In this document: positions 26,667 through 38,332 of the stretch, in pieces | Layout: each line of letters starts with the position of its first letter | Numbering within the stretch: position 1 is the first letter of the stretch | Origin: Planctomycetota bacterium | GTDB taxonomy: Bacteria; Planctomycetota; Planctomycetia; Planctomycetales; Planctomycetaceae | Direction of reading: 5' to 3' | Length of the DNA: 47,202 nt | Assembly (NCBI GenBank): GCA_003669575.1 | Contig: QWOR01000351.1 | Span: 1-47,202, forward strand | Position numbers and translations under genes: made by a program | The notes under the pieces: model-generated | Told to the model about the DNA's origin: nothing | What the model saw: the letters and a program-made list of their open reading frames with translations, nothing else | The model's database searches: none

Positions 26667-27199
26667 GGGAGTCCCTTCCCCACAGTCACCGCGAGAATTT
26701 CCTCACGATGCTGTCTCATTCCGTGTCACTGCAATTCAGATTGCAGCTGTCGTCGCGTCCCCGCTCGTCCGGAGCGAGGAACACCCTGATCGGCAGCTTA
26801 TGCCGGACAACCGTGCGTTTGTTAGCAGTTTTTTCAAAATGGGAAAAGAGGAGTTTTCGAGTCGCACTTGCGATTGTGGCACCCCCGCACCAGGAAGTTC
26901 GATTCACAAATCGTCTCCTTCCGCTGTGAGGCATCGTGAGGATACTGATCGGAGTCTCCCCGAGGGTCCACAGCTGGAATCCATGGTCCATTTCAGAGCG
27001 ACACGAGTTGTTCGGAACGCCTGAGTGGGATTGACCACTCATCCGGAGTCTGGCTGAAAGTCCCCTCCCCCGGGGTCGGCTGATGTACTTTGCTCAGTCG
27101 GCGGGTCTATAATGAGTTGTTGATACCTCGCGCGGGTTGTCTGGTTCCTTCCTGACCCGCCGCCTTCCGCCCCCTGAACGTACCTTCCGGAATCCCACC

Positions 27200-27775
27200 G
27201 TGATCGTCCACCGCATCACTACTATCGGAACTCTTGTTCTGATATGCAGTTGCAGCTTCATCTTGTCAGGCTGCAAAGAGGCTGAAGGAATCCATCAGGT
27301 CCGCGTCCCTGCGGAATACTCCGAGCGGCGGGCGGCGAAACCCGCACTGCCGCCAGCTGGCGGTAATCAGCCCGTCCCGGATGGCCTGAAGTACAAGACT
27401 CCCGAGGGCTGGACGGTGAAGCCGAACAGCCCCTTCCGGCTGGCGTCACTGGACGTGATTGATGGCGATCGCAAGTGCGACGTGAGTGTCAGCTCACTCG
27501 GACCCGATCAGCCCGTCCTGGAAAACGTCAATCGCTGGCGCGGGCAGATCAAATTACCCGCTGCAGCGGAGAGTGAACTTCAACTCAAACCGATCAAGTG
27601 CGGGGTCGCGGACGGCTCGCTGGTCGAACTGGTCGGCGAGACCGAGACGATCCTGGCAGTCATGGTGTCGCGACCTGATAAGACGTGGTTCGTCAAGCTC
27701 CAGGGCCCGAACGATCTGGCCCAGCGCGAGCGCGACAAGTTCGTCGCATTCACAGAGTCGATTGAGCTGCCGTAA
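27200..27775 (+). CDS. Hypothetical lipoprotein
   Basis: The track ORF starts at TTG 27137. An in-frame GTG at 27200 gives VIVHRITTIGTLVLICSCSFILSGC, which has a canonical lipobox (L-S-G-C). The mature part has no motif I recognise. It lies immediately upstream of ccsBA on the same strand. The start is uncertain. Confidence 0.55.
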   Translation: MIVHRITTIGTLVLICSCSFILSGCKEAEGIHQVRVPAEYSERRAAKPALPPAGGNQPVPDGLKYKTPEGWTVKPNSPFRLASLDVIDGDRKCDVSVSSLGPDQPVLENVNRWRGQIKLPAAAESELQLKPIKCGVADGSLVELVGETETILAVMVSRPDKTWFVKLQGPNDLAQRERDKFVAFTESIELP

Positions 27776-27889
27776 CACGCGGTCCTCAACCCGCTGTCGT
27801 CTTTTCTCCGAAGAAGAACTCCCTTTTGCCATGCAAAAGGCAAAACGCGGCCACCCCACTTTCCTCAGAAATTCCCCGGGAGTCCCGGA

Positions 27890-30800
27890 ATGGCTATTCC
27901 TCAGATCACCATCCCTGCGAATTCAACCGCTGGTAGACCCCCAGCCGACTCCGGAGCGTGGGCCATGGTCAAACGTATTCTGGTCCCGCTGTCTTCCCTG
28001 AAGCTGACGGTCGCGTTGCTGGCGATGTCGGCATTCATTGTGCTGGCAGGAACCCTGGCTCAGGTCGACGCCGATGTGTGGGAGGCCGTACGACGTTACT
28101 TCCGCATCGATACCAGCGAGCTGATCCAGTCTCGATCGCTCAAAGAGGTGTTCATGCACCTGTTCGTGTGGATCGACTGTCAGATCTTCGCGCCTCCAGC
28201 GTTCTTCCCGTCGAAGCCCGATCTCAAGCCGTGGGTCGGGTTCTGGTTCCCGCGAGGCTGGACAATCGGCGCGGTCATGATGGCCAATCTGTTCGCCGCT
28301 CATCTCGTGCGATTCAAGAAGCAGGCGACGGGAACGACGCTCTGGGCCGGGATCGGGGTCATCATACTCGGCTGTATTCTGACCTGGGCGGTGATCGATA
28401 CCGCTTCGACAGCCGATGCGATCCAGACCAACACCGTCATCGGCTATGACCGCGTCTGGCAGCTGATGGGTCTGTCAATTCTGGCGATCTCGGGTTGTCT
28501 GGTCTTCATGGGACTGAGCGACGGGAACAAGCCGATTGAACGTTTGCTGTATCTGGGGACTGCTGTGCTGGCGGGCCTCATCAGTGCGGGCGTACTGCTG
28601 GTGCCACCACTGGAAGATCCGAGTATGCGGATTCTGTATCAGCTGCTGAAGGGGACCATTTGCGGACTGGTGCTGCTCGCCGGGTGCTGGCTCGTCTTCC
28701 GCAAGCGAGCGGGGATCGTGCTGCTGCACGCCGGAATCGGAATGCTGATGGTGTATGAGATCCTCGTCGGCATGAACGCTGGCACGATGGAGGCCAGCAT
28801 GTCGATCGCCGAAGGTCAGACAGCTGTCTACACCACTGACATCCGCAGCTCTGAGCTGGTGGTCGCTGACCTGTCGGATGCCAAGGAAGACGTAGAGACC
28901 ATCATCCCCGGCAGGTTGCTGAAGCCCGAGGCCAAGTTCGACGACAAGCAGCTGCCGTTCGTCGTCGAGGTTCTTGATTATCACCCGCACTCGACGCTGT
29001 ACAACAAGAAGGCGGGATTCTTGATGACGCGTCCCGGCCAGCAGGCTGAGGAGCCGAAGACTCCCGATCTGGCCACCGAAGGATTGGGCAAGACATTTCG
29101 CATTGCCCCGCTCGACCCGAGCGTCGGGACCGATACCAGCGGAGCGATCGATACACCCTCGGCTTATGTCCGTGTGACCAGCCGTGAGGATGGCAAACAA
29201 CTCGGGACGTACATGGTCACCACGATTCCGGGGTTTGACCGTTCCGAGCCCATTGAATTTCAGGGAAAGAAGTACGAGCTGGAACTACGGTTCCGTCGGA
29301 CCTACACCCCTTATCACGTGACACTCAAGGACGTGCAGAAGAACACATACGTCGGGACAGACCGGCCGAAGGACTTTCGTTCGATCGTGACACTGATTGA
29401 CACATCGCGTTCCGATGCGAAGCCGATCGACTCTGAAATCTGGATGAACAATCCGCTGCGTTACGGCGGCTTTACGTTCTACCAGAGCAACTATGACCCG
29501 GGACGCAACGGTCGCGAAGTGACCAGCCTGCAGGTCGTGGAGAACGAGGGTTGGACGATCCCCTACCTCGCCTGCATGATTACCGGGGTCGGCATGCTGT
29601 TTCAGTTCTTCCAGGTACTCGTGAGGTTCCTGGGTAAAGCTGTTCGCAGCACTTCAGCGAACGCTTCGACCACAGTTTTACCGAACGCCGAGACCAAAAA
29701 GTCGCGGAAGTACTCGGTACTGGCCGCTGCCGCTGCGACCGTGATGTTTGCTGCGATCGTGATGACCTCGACGAAAGAGAAGAAGCTCGACCCCAAGTTC
29801 GACCTCAACGCCTTCGCACAGGTTCCGATCTTCTACGAGGGCCGTGCCCAGCCGATCGACAGCTTGGCTCGGAACTCGATGCTGTTCCTGAACGATCGCG
29901 AAACCTATCGCGAGAACGATAAGACCGAGCCCGCAATTCGCTGGCTGCTGGACGTGATTACCGACTCCCCCAATGCCGACAAGCATCCCGTCTTCCAGAT
30001 CGAGAACCTCGATCTGCAGAAGGCCCTGGGTCTCGAGAACCGGGAACGGTTCCGTTACGCGCCGAGTGAGTTCCAGACGAAACTCGAAGGGACTCGCAAC
30101 GAAGATGGCACACCCAAAGATCCGGGGATGCTGGAAGAGATCGCGAAGCTGCGCGAGATCAAGACAGAGAACTTGAATCTGTATGAGCGCAAGCTGCTTT
30201 CGTTGGAGCGACGAGTTCGAGCGATGCGCAAGCTGAAGTTCATGTTTATCGATCCGACAACCGTCCAGCCGATGCCGCCGTTGCCGACTCCAGAATCAAT
30301 CAAGAGCAACCCAACATTGGCTCAAGAGCAGATGGGAGCAGTGAGGTCCTACCTCGACAGCCTTAAAAAACTGGTGACGGATGAGCAGTTTGCGATCGTC
30401 GTCCCGATGCAGATCGGTGCAGAAAAGGAGCGACTGTCTCAGGCGTTGTCAGCAGGTTGGTCAAGTTACTTCGAAGCGTGTGCGTTCAGCGCTCTGGAGG
30501 ATCAGTTCGGCATGGATCCCGTCCCCGCGATGAAGCATTGGCGAGGGATGCTGGAGTCCTACAAGGCCAACAAGCCCGAAGAGTTCAACGCTCACGTCGC
30601 CGATTACCTGAAGCTGTTGCAGGGGGCCTCAAAGGCCGATCTGACCGTGAAGTCGACCGGTGCAGAACTCGAATTGAAGAAGACGAATTTCGAGTACTTC
30701 TTCAACCGTGTCGGACCGTTCAATCTGGCGTCCTACCTGTATGTCGGTGCGTTTGTGCTTGTCGCGCTGGGCTGGGTCTTGTCTCAGTTCGGAGGAATGC

Positions 30801-31675
30801 GTCCGCTCCACAGCGCTGCATTCGCTCTGGCCATACTGACCTTCGGCATGCATGCAGCTGCGATTGTCGGCCGGATCTATATCTCGGGGCGGCCACCGGT
30901 CACGAACCTGTACTCCGCTGCCGTGTTCATCGGCTGTGCGGCAGCGCTCTTCTCGCTGGTCACCGAGCTGTTCTTCCGAAGAGGACTCGGAACGACGCTC
31001 GCCTGTGCCGCGGGGTTCCTCAGCTTGCGAGTCGCGCAGGGGCTGAGTACCGATGGCGATACCTTCGCCGTGTTGCAGGCCGTTCTGGACACGCAGTTCT
31101 GGCTGGCAACTCACGTGGTCACCATCACTTTGGGCTACGCCACAACCTACGTCGCGGGCTTCATCGGAGTGATCTACATCATCGGCGGCGTCATCACACC
31201 GGCCTTCTCGGAAAAGGACCGGCAGCGACTCTACTCGATGATGTATGGCACGACGTGCTTTGCGATCTTCTTCAGCTTTATCGGTACCGTGCTTGGCGGT
31301 CTGTGGGCGGACGATTTGTGGGGCCGGTTCTGGGGCTGGGACCCGAAAGAGAACGGAGCTCTGATCATCGTGATCTGGAATGCACTGGTTCTGCATGCTC
31401 GCTGGGGCGGAATGATCCGCGCCCGTGGGATGGCGATCCTCAGCGTACTCGGGAACATCGTTGTCAGCTGGTCGTTCTTTGGAGTCAACGAGCTGGGCGT
31501 CGGTTTGCACGCTTACGGCCTGACCGAGGGGCGGATGTTCATGCTCGCGATGTTTGCCCTCAGCCAGTTGGCAATTGCCGCTGTGGGTTTGATTCCCGAG
31601 CGTGCCTGGTGGAGTTTCCAGGCCCACGCAGATTCACCCACCCGCGAGCCAGAGGAACTGGACTCGATGGTGTAG
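27890..31675 (+). CDS. ccsBA: System II cytochrome c biogenesis protein: fused ResB/CcsB-like and CcsA/ResC-like modules
   Basis: 1261-aa ORF. The N-terminal part has ResB features: LKLTVALLAMSAFIVLAGTLAQ, a large soluble loop, and NNPLRYGGFTFYQSNY. The C-terminal part has the CcsA tryptophan-rich heme-handling motif LWADDLWGRFWGWDPKENGALIIVIWN, flanked by multiple TM helices. Confidence 0.85.
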   Translation: MAIPQITIPANSTAGRPPADSGAWAMVKRILVPLSSLKLTVALLAMSAFIVLAGTLAQVDADVWEAVRRYFRIDTSELIQSRSLKEVFMHLFVWIDCQIFAPPAFFPSKPDLKPWVGFWFPRGWTIGAVMMANLFAAHLVRFKKQATGTTLWAGIGVIILGCILTWAVIDTASTADAIQTNTVIGYDRVWQLMGLSILAISGCLVFMGLSDGNKPIERLLYLGTAVLAGLISAGVLLVPPLEDPSMRILYQLLKGTICGLVLLAGCWLVFRKRAGIVLLHAGIGMLMVYEILVGMNAGTMEASMSIAEGQTAVYTTDIRSSELVVADLSDAKEDVETIIPGRLLKPEAKFDDKQLPFVVEVLDYHPHSTLYNKKAGFLMTRPGQQAEEPKTPDLATEGLGKTFRIAPLDPSVGTDTSGAIDTPSAYVRVTSREDGKQLGTYMVTTIPGFDRSEPIEFQGKKYELELRFRRTYTPYHVTLKDVQKNTYVGTDRPKDFRSIVTLIDTSRSDAKPIDSEIWMNNPLRYGGFTFYQSNYDPGRNGREVTSLQVVENEGWTIPYLACMITGVGMLFQFFQVLVRFLGKAVRSTSANASTTVLPNAETKKSRKYSVLAAAAATVMFAAIVMTSTKEKKLDPKFDLNAFAQVPIFYEGRAQPIDSLARNSMLFLNDRETYRENDKTEPAIRWLLDVITDSPNADKHPVFQIENLDLQKALGLENRERFRYAPSEFQTKLEGTRNEDGTPKDPGMLEEIAKLREIKTENLNLYERKLLSLERRVRAMRKLKFMFIDPTTVQPMPPLPTPESIKSNPTLAQEQMGAVRSYLDSLKKLVTDEQFAIVVPMQIGAEKERLSQALSAGWSSYFEACAFSALEDQFGMDPVPAMKHWRGMLESYKANKPEEFNAHVADYLKLLQGASKADLTVKSTGAELELKKTNFEYFFNRVGPFNLASYLYVGAFVLVALGWVLSQFGGMRPLHSAAFALAILTFGMHAAAIVGRIYISGRPPVTNLYSAAVFIGCAAALFSLVTELFFRRGLGTTLACAAGFLSLRVAQGLSTDGDTFAVLQAVLDTQFWLATHVVTITLGYATTYVAGFIGVIYIIGGVITPAFSEKDRQRLYSMMYGTTCFAIFFSFIGTVLGGLWADDLWGRFWGWDPKENGALIIVIWNALVLHARWGGMIRARGMAILSVLGNIVVSWSFFGVNELGVGLHAYGLTEGRMFMLAMFALSQLAIAAVGLIPERAWWSFQAHADSPTREPEELDSMV

Positions 31676-31738
31676 GTCGCCCCGAGCCGAGATCTTGGTC
31701 GCTGACCGCTCCGCGATCTACGACTCTGTACCAAAGAC

Positions 31739-31766
31739 AAAAGCCGTCCTTCAAAGGACGGCTTTT
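31739..31766. terminator. Bidirectional intrinsic terminator hairpin
   Basis: AAAAGCCGTCCT-TCAA-AGGACGGCTTTT forms a stem of 11-12 bp, with an A-run on one side and a T-run on the other. It therefore reads as hairpin plus U-tract on both strands. It sits between the convergent ccsBA (stop 31675) and the small basic gene (stop 31795). Confidence 0.75.
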
Positions 31767-31794
31767 GACTTGGATACACAGCAATTGCAGTCGA

Positions 31795-31953
31795 TTACTT
31801 CGACTTCTTCGACTTGGCCACCTTGGGCTTGGTGACCGACTTCTTGGCAGCCAGATCGTGGGCTTTCTTCGACTTGCCCCCCTTGGTGAAGATGTTGTCC
31901 CAGTTCTTCCAGAATTCCGGGGTTGTCCCGGTACGCACAATCGGACCACTCAT
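31795..31953 (-). CDS. 52-aa lysine-rich basic protein
   Basis: This is the distal part of track ORF 31795..32232. The internal ATG at 31953-31951 has AGGAA about 8 nt upstream. The translation is MSGPIVRTGTTPEFWKNWDNIFTKGGKSKKAHDLAAKKSVTKPKVAKSKKSK. The terminator hairpin follows directly. The upstream 93 codons of the long ORF look non-coding (Arg/Ser/Cys-rich). Confidence 0.55.
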   Translation of the reverse strand: MSGPIVRTGTTPEFWKNWDNIFTKGGKSKKAHDLAAKKSVTKPKVAKSKKSK

Positions 31954-32401
31954 TGAATCGTTCCTGTGAAGGCACTCGTCACACCTGGACAAGACACTCC
32001 TTGTTCGGCGACGACATCGTGTGGGGCCATTTTCCACGGCCCACACATGATATGTTGAACGGCTTTGAAGGAATGTCAAGGTGGAGTGGTCAGTAATCAT
32101 TCGCCCGCTGCCAGTCAGCACAGAGTGCGGTCTGGACCAACGAGTGACGTGGCAGGTCCGAAATGCGGCCGGTCCCGCTCGCAATTGATCTTGTCGCATT
32201 TGACTCAGCGGCGAATAATCCCGTGTCGGCAATGCTCATTCCTAATTCGGCATTTGCACGAGCCTGTCGCTCGCAGGTCTCGCTCTCTCGATACAAGCGT
32301 TCTGCCGAGTGCGGAAGCTCGCGCGGTTCCCGCTCACCGCCTCTCGGCAGCCCCGTGCAAATGTCTCTGCTCCGTTGTGCCGAAGGTCATGGGAGTCTGA
32401 C

Positions 32402-34450
<2,049 letters not shown>

Positions 34451-34517
34451 CACGAAGAAGGGCGTTGCGTCACCCGGGCGTCATCACATGTTGCCACCCG
34501 GAATGAATCCCGTGGCA

Positions 34518-36260
34518 TCACGGCATGAGTCCTCGACGGGCCTGTTCGATGAATGTCGCGGCATCGGGATCGGCGGCGTACATGTCGACGATCGTTTGCA
34601 GCAAGGTGCGGGCTTCATCCGCTTTCCCTTGCGTCCGAAGCTCCTCGGCCCGGGATAGCGCCCGCTTCACCAGACTGTACTGCTCTGGACCGATTGATTT
34701 GTTATTCAATTCCTTCAGCAAGTCAGTCGCCAATGCATGCAGGTCAGCTGCGTCGGGATCTCCCTCTGTCAGTCGGACCAGGCCGGCCAGGACCTGTTTC
34801 GCCTCGGTATTTTGGCCCAGGCCTCGGAGCTGGACTGCCTTCTGCAGGAGTTTCTCTCCATCGGTTTCCGCATCGCGGGTGGTCCACGTTCCCCGTCGAC
34901 CAAGCAGTGACTTGCGCAGTTCGTATAGACGAATCTGATCGAGGTACTTCTCCAGTTCCGGCCCCCAGCGTTTGGAGTCACGCTCGAGGAGAGGCTCAAA
35001 GACTTCCCGCTTCGCCCGCTCCCACCCCGGTCCCGGCTCAGCGGCCATCAGCAATTGCCCCTGCTCCAGAAGATCTTCATCCGTTGGCAGTCGGTGATTC
35101 CACCAGTACACGCCTCCCAGAATAATCGCGGCGAGAGCTGCGACCAGGAACCAGGTACTGTCCAGGATCCGCTCGAGCAAAGTTTGTTCATTGGCGTGTT
35201 CGACGTGGGCCTTCATCAGCTCACGCATCGCAACGCCCGCCGCTTCGGGGTCGGAGCTCCTGCCATCCGCAGCCAGTGTCACGTCATTGCCGTCGACATG
35301 CTCGAATTCAAAGGTTCCGGAGCCTTGTGTCAGCTCGACCTTCCTGGGGATTTCCTGCAAACGTAGCTGAAGGACATACGCATCGGGATATCGATTGTCC
35401 GGGTTCTTTTCCAGACACTTGCAGACGACCTCATCGAGCCAGTGCGGAATATCGGGAACGATTCGGCGGGGGCTGTCGAACTGACCAAATTTGTGCTTTT
35501 GAGCGATGTCGAGAGCTGACTTTCCCGTGAACGGTGGACGGCCGGTCAGCATCACATACATCACCGCGCCGAGCGAATAGATGTCACTCCGCTTGTCGAC
35601 ACGCCTGCCCTGGGCCTGCTCAGGGGACATGTATTCCACCGTCCCGATCACCCCTCCGGTCGCGGTCAGCTGATCACCCGCGAAGACATGCGCCACACCA
35701 AAATCCGTCAACTTGCAGACCCCCTGCTTGTTGAGCAGCAGGTTGGAGGGTTTGAGGTCGCGATGGATAATCCCTGTGTTATGCGCCGCTTTGAGGGCTT
35801 TGCACACCTGGCAGGCAATCTCAATGACCTCTCGCCAACCGAGTCGTTTCTCTCGCAATACACGATCCGTGACGGTCTCACCGTCCACAAATTCCATCGT
35901 GTAGTAGTAGGTCCCTTCCCACTCTCCACTATCATACATCTCGACGACATGCTCACCGGTCACGCGATGCATGGCATCGATCTCACGGGCAAAGCGGGCG
36001 ACGAAGCCCTCCTCGTGAGCCATACTCGCCGGAAGAACTTTGATCGCCACGAGTTGCCCGGTGTCTTCGTGCTTCCCCAGATACACCGTCCCCATGCCCC
36101 CTTGACCGAGCTTGCGCTCGATCAGGTAGGCGCCGATCTGTTTGGGAAGTGCGGCAGAATCGACAGACGAGCGACCTTCAGGTGGCATCAACATCTCCCG
36201 AGCGCCCGGTGAAAACAACAGTTGCCATTCGCGCCGTGATGGAAGCTGTGTCACAGACAC
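34518..36260 (-). CDS. Hanks-type Ser/Thr protein kinase with one TM helix and a C-terminal TPR-like helical domain
   Basis: 580-aa ORF. Kinase motifs are GQGGMGTVYLG, VAIKVL, HRDLKPSNLLL, DFGVA and GTVEYMSPEQ. The TM helix is WFLVAALAAIILGGVYWW. The start is GTG 36260; in-frame ATGs at 36194 and 36188 are alternatives. Confidence 0.88.
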   Translation of the reverse strand: MSVTQLPSRREWQLLFSPGAREMLMPPEGRSSVDSAALPKQIGAYLIERKLGQGGMGTVYLGKHEDTGQLVAIKVLPASMAHEEGFVARFAREIDAMHRVTGEHVVEMYDSGEWEGTYYYTMEFVDGETVTDRVLREKRLGWREVIEIACQVCKALKAAHNTGIIHRDLKPSNLLLNKQGVCKLTDFGVAHVFAGDQLTATGGVIGTVEYMSPEQAQGRRVDKRSDIYSLGAVMYVMLTGRPPFTGKSALDIAQKHKFGQFDSPRRIVPDIPHWLDEVVCKCLEKNPDNRYPDAYVLQLRLQEIPRKVELTQGSGTFEFEHVDGNDVTLAADGRSSDPEAAGVAMRELMKAHVEHANEQTLLERILDSTWFLVAALAAIILGGVYWWNHRLPTDEDLLEQGQLLMAAEPGPGWERAKREVFEPLLERDSKRWGPELEKYLDQIRLYELRKSLLGRRGTWTTRDAETDGEKLLQKAVQLRGLGQNTEAKQVLAGLVRLTEGDPDAADLHALATDLLKELNNKSIGPEQYSLVKRALSRAEELRTQGKADEARTLLQTIVDMYAADPDAATFIEQARRGLMP

Positions 36261-36291
36261 GAGTCACGACCAACCCCAGTCTACGGAACAG

Positions 36292-36672
36292 ATGATGTCC
36301 TCAGCAATTCTATTGATCGCTCATGGCAGTCGCCGGGCAGCTGCGAATGCTGACCTGGTGAAGCTGGCAGAGATCGTCCGCACGCGTTGCCCGCAGGACA
36401 TTGTCGAGATTGCATATCTGGAACTGGCCGAACCCACCATCCCCCAGGGGGCCGCACGCTGTGTCGAGCGGGGAGCCACCCATGTTCGCATGTCTCCGTT
36501 CTTCCTCTCGGCCGGAACTCACATTGCCGAGGACTTAACCGGTTTTCAGACCGAGTTTTCGGCTCAGTTCCCTAACGTGCAGTTCCAACTGTGCCCACCG
36601 CTCGGTTTGCATTCGCTGCTGGTCGAGGCGTTACTGGAACGAATGAACGAGGTGTGGGTCAAAGACGCGTGA
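36292..36672 (+). CDS. cbiX: CbiX-type (small form) sirohydrochlorin chelatase
   Basis: In-frame ATG at 36292 inside track ORF 36142..36672. It gives about 126 aa, beginning MMSSAILLIAHGSRRAAANADLVKLAEIV and containing ...PFFLSAGTHIAEDL. The AHGSR and FL..G.H motifs are typical of CbiX. Confidence 0.75.
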   Translation: MMSSAILLIAHGSRRAAANADLVKLAEIVRTRCPQDIVEIAYLELAEPTIPQGAARCVERGATHVRMSPFFLSAGTHIAEDLTGFQTEFSAQFPNVQFQLCPPLGLHSLLVEALLERMNEVWVKDA

Positions 36673-36932
36673 CCTGATACGGGTCGCAGTCCATGTCGTT
36701 TTGAATGTATTCATCATACTTCTTCTCTCAGGGCAGACAGGCATGTCTGACCCACTGCTCAACCACAGTGGATCAGGCTCCGCAGATTACCTTTCCGCAC
36801 GAACTGCCTATGCATGCGTCCGGCGCATCGTTTGCTTTGTGTCTTCGCACGACCCGGCAACACTTGATCGGGCCACAAAACGACAAAAACATCTTGGCGA
36901 CTGTGCAAACTTTACGCTAGGAAGCTCTGATC

Positions 36933-38288
36933 ATGGCCCGCCTGCTGACCCTCTTTACCGGTCTCCTCGCCCTGCTGTCCGCACCCGGGTGTCTGGCATT
37001 GCATTGCCAGGACAGCTGGGCCGTGAGTCAATTTCCTCAGTCACATCCCGTCTGCATCGACGCTCCTCCCGCTTACGTGTTACCGCATCAGGAGGCACTC
37101 GTCCCTCCCGAACAGCGACAGCTCAGAATGAGCCCGCCGCCGGTTACAGACGTCCTGCCCGGTGACCAACCGGCCGATTCTGCCGATCGCGTGTCGTTCG
37201 CGTCGTCGCCCTCCCCAGCGAACTCCACTCCGGCCACGTCGGTCAAGCTCTACTACGGAACCAACCGCCCGGGCTTTCAGGCGGCTGCTCTGATGGACAC
37301 CAATTTCTACGGACAGTGTGAGGTCTCCATCCCGAAACAGCACCAGTTTGGCCAGCTCGAGCGACCAAGCATTTGGCGTCTGGAATTCCGCGAGTCACAG
37401 GCCAAACATGTCGTCCTGAAGAACGTCGAGCCGCTCAACTCGGATGATTGCCTGGGTCGCATGCGCAGTGATCTGTCGGCCGATGACGAATCGGCACTGT
37501 TCGTTTTCATCCACGGATACAACGTCACCTTCTCCGAGGCTGCCCAACGAACCGCTCAAATGGCATTCGACCTCCAGTTCCGTGGAGTCCCGCTGTTCTA
37601 CAGCTGGCCCTCGCGCGGAGCCCTCTCCGGGTATGGAGACGACCAGCGATCCGCTGACGCCTCGGCGAAACCTCTGGCTGAGTTCCTGACGCGGATCGCT
37701 ACGGAGACGGGCGCACGCAAGATCCACCTCATCGCACACAGCCTCGGCAACCGTGCACTGGTCGGAGCCCTCGCGCAGCTGGGACAGACTCCGGGACAGA
37801 GCGCCCGATTCAATCAGGTCGTCTTCGCCGCTCCCGACATCGACGCCGGTCTGTTTGCGAACGACATCGCCCCCAAGATCGAGCCGGTCGTCGATCGCGT
37901 CACGATCTACTCTTCGGGAAGCGATCTGGCTCTGTGGGCATCGCGTCTCTGGCACCGTACCGTCCGATTGGGTCAACCCAGTCCGTATTGGGTCAAGATC
38001 CGCACCTATGACTGGATCGATGTGATTGACGCGACCTCGATTGGATTTGAATGGTTCGAGCTCGGGCATTCGGCTTATGGGGGCGAACTTCTGGCCGATT
38101 TGAGTCGTGTAATCGATGGTCAACCTGCCGGAGCCGCTCCACTGACCGGCCCAGAGGCAGGTCGCTGGATCGTCACGCGGCCGCCCCCTCCCAGCATTCC
38201 GATCAACAATGGACCGCCTCTGCAGGTTATCTACCGTTATCGACCGAGTGGTCCCTGGCCCACTGCCCCTGTCGACCGCTGGCGATAG
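36933..38288 (+). CDS. Secreted alpha/beta hydrolase of the DUF900 type
   Basis: 451-aa ORF with the signal peptide MARLLTLFTGLLALLSAPGC (possible lipobox). The core ALFVFIHGYNVTFSEAAQRTAQMAFDL...PLFYSWPS...IHLIAHSLGNRAL contains the nucleophile elbow H-S-L-G. Confidence 0.7.
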   Translation: MARLLTLFTGLLALLSAPGCLALHCQDSWAVSQFPQSHPVCIDAPPAYVLPHQEALVPPEQRQLRMSPPPVTDVLPGDQPADSADRVSFASSPSPANSTPATSVKLYYGTNRPGFQAAALMDTNFYGQCEVSIPKQHQFGQLERPSIWRLEFRESQAKHVVLKNVEPLNSDDCLGRMRSDLSADDESALFVFIHGYNVTFSEAAQRTAQMAFDLQFRGVPLFYSWPSRGALSGYGDDQRSADASAKPLAEFLTRIATETGARKIHLIAHSLGNRALVGALAQLGQTPGQSARFNQVVFAAPDIDAGLFANDIAPKIEPVVDRVTIYSSGSDLALWASRLWHRTVRLGQPSPYWVKIRTYDWIDVIDATSIGFEWFELGHSAYGGELLADLSRVIDGQPAGAAPLTGPEAGRWIVTRPPPPSIPINNGPPLQVIYRYRPSGPWPTAPVDRWR

Positions 38289-38332
38289 TTTCTATCATCC
38301 ATGACTGCAGTCTGGTTACGGAGACCAATGTC

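Noticed and set aside
27108-27113. Perfect TATAAT hexamer upstream of the lipoprotein-ccsBA genes
   Set aside because: There is no convincing -35 at 16-18 nt spacing (best 3/6) and no TG extension. A single hexamer is not enough to call a promoter.
27823-27845. Two mutually exclusive small hairpins (CTTTTGC-CAT-GCAAAAG versus TTTTGCC...GGCAAAA) between the lipoprotein gene and ccsBA
   Set aside because: They are AT-rich 7-bp stems with no following U-tract. They are too weak to call a terminator or attenuator.
30457-31956. 499-aa ORF in an alternative plus-strand frame overlapping the 3' half of ccsBA
   Set aside because: The product is extremely Arg-rich and has no TM helices, whereas the ccsBA frame encodes the WWD motif and TM segments. 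It is a frame-shifted shadow ORF.
32019-32046. Bulged 9-bp hairpin GTGTGGGGCC...GGCCCACAC in the divergent region between the small basic gene and prkA
   Set aside because: It is a single moderate hairpin with no recognisable riboswitch or terminator context. Noted only.
36188-36292. Very short (31-nt) divergent gap between the GTG start of the second Hanks kinase (36260) and the cbiX ATG (36292)
   Set aside because: This is most simply explained by an over-extended kinase start; in-frame ATGs at 36194 and 36188 would leave ~100 nt. It is not evidence of unusual regulation.
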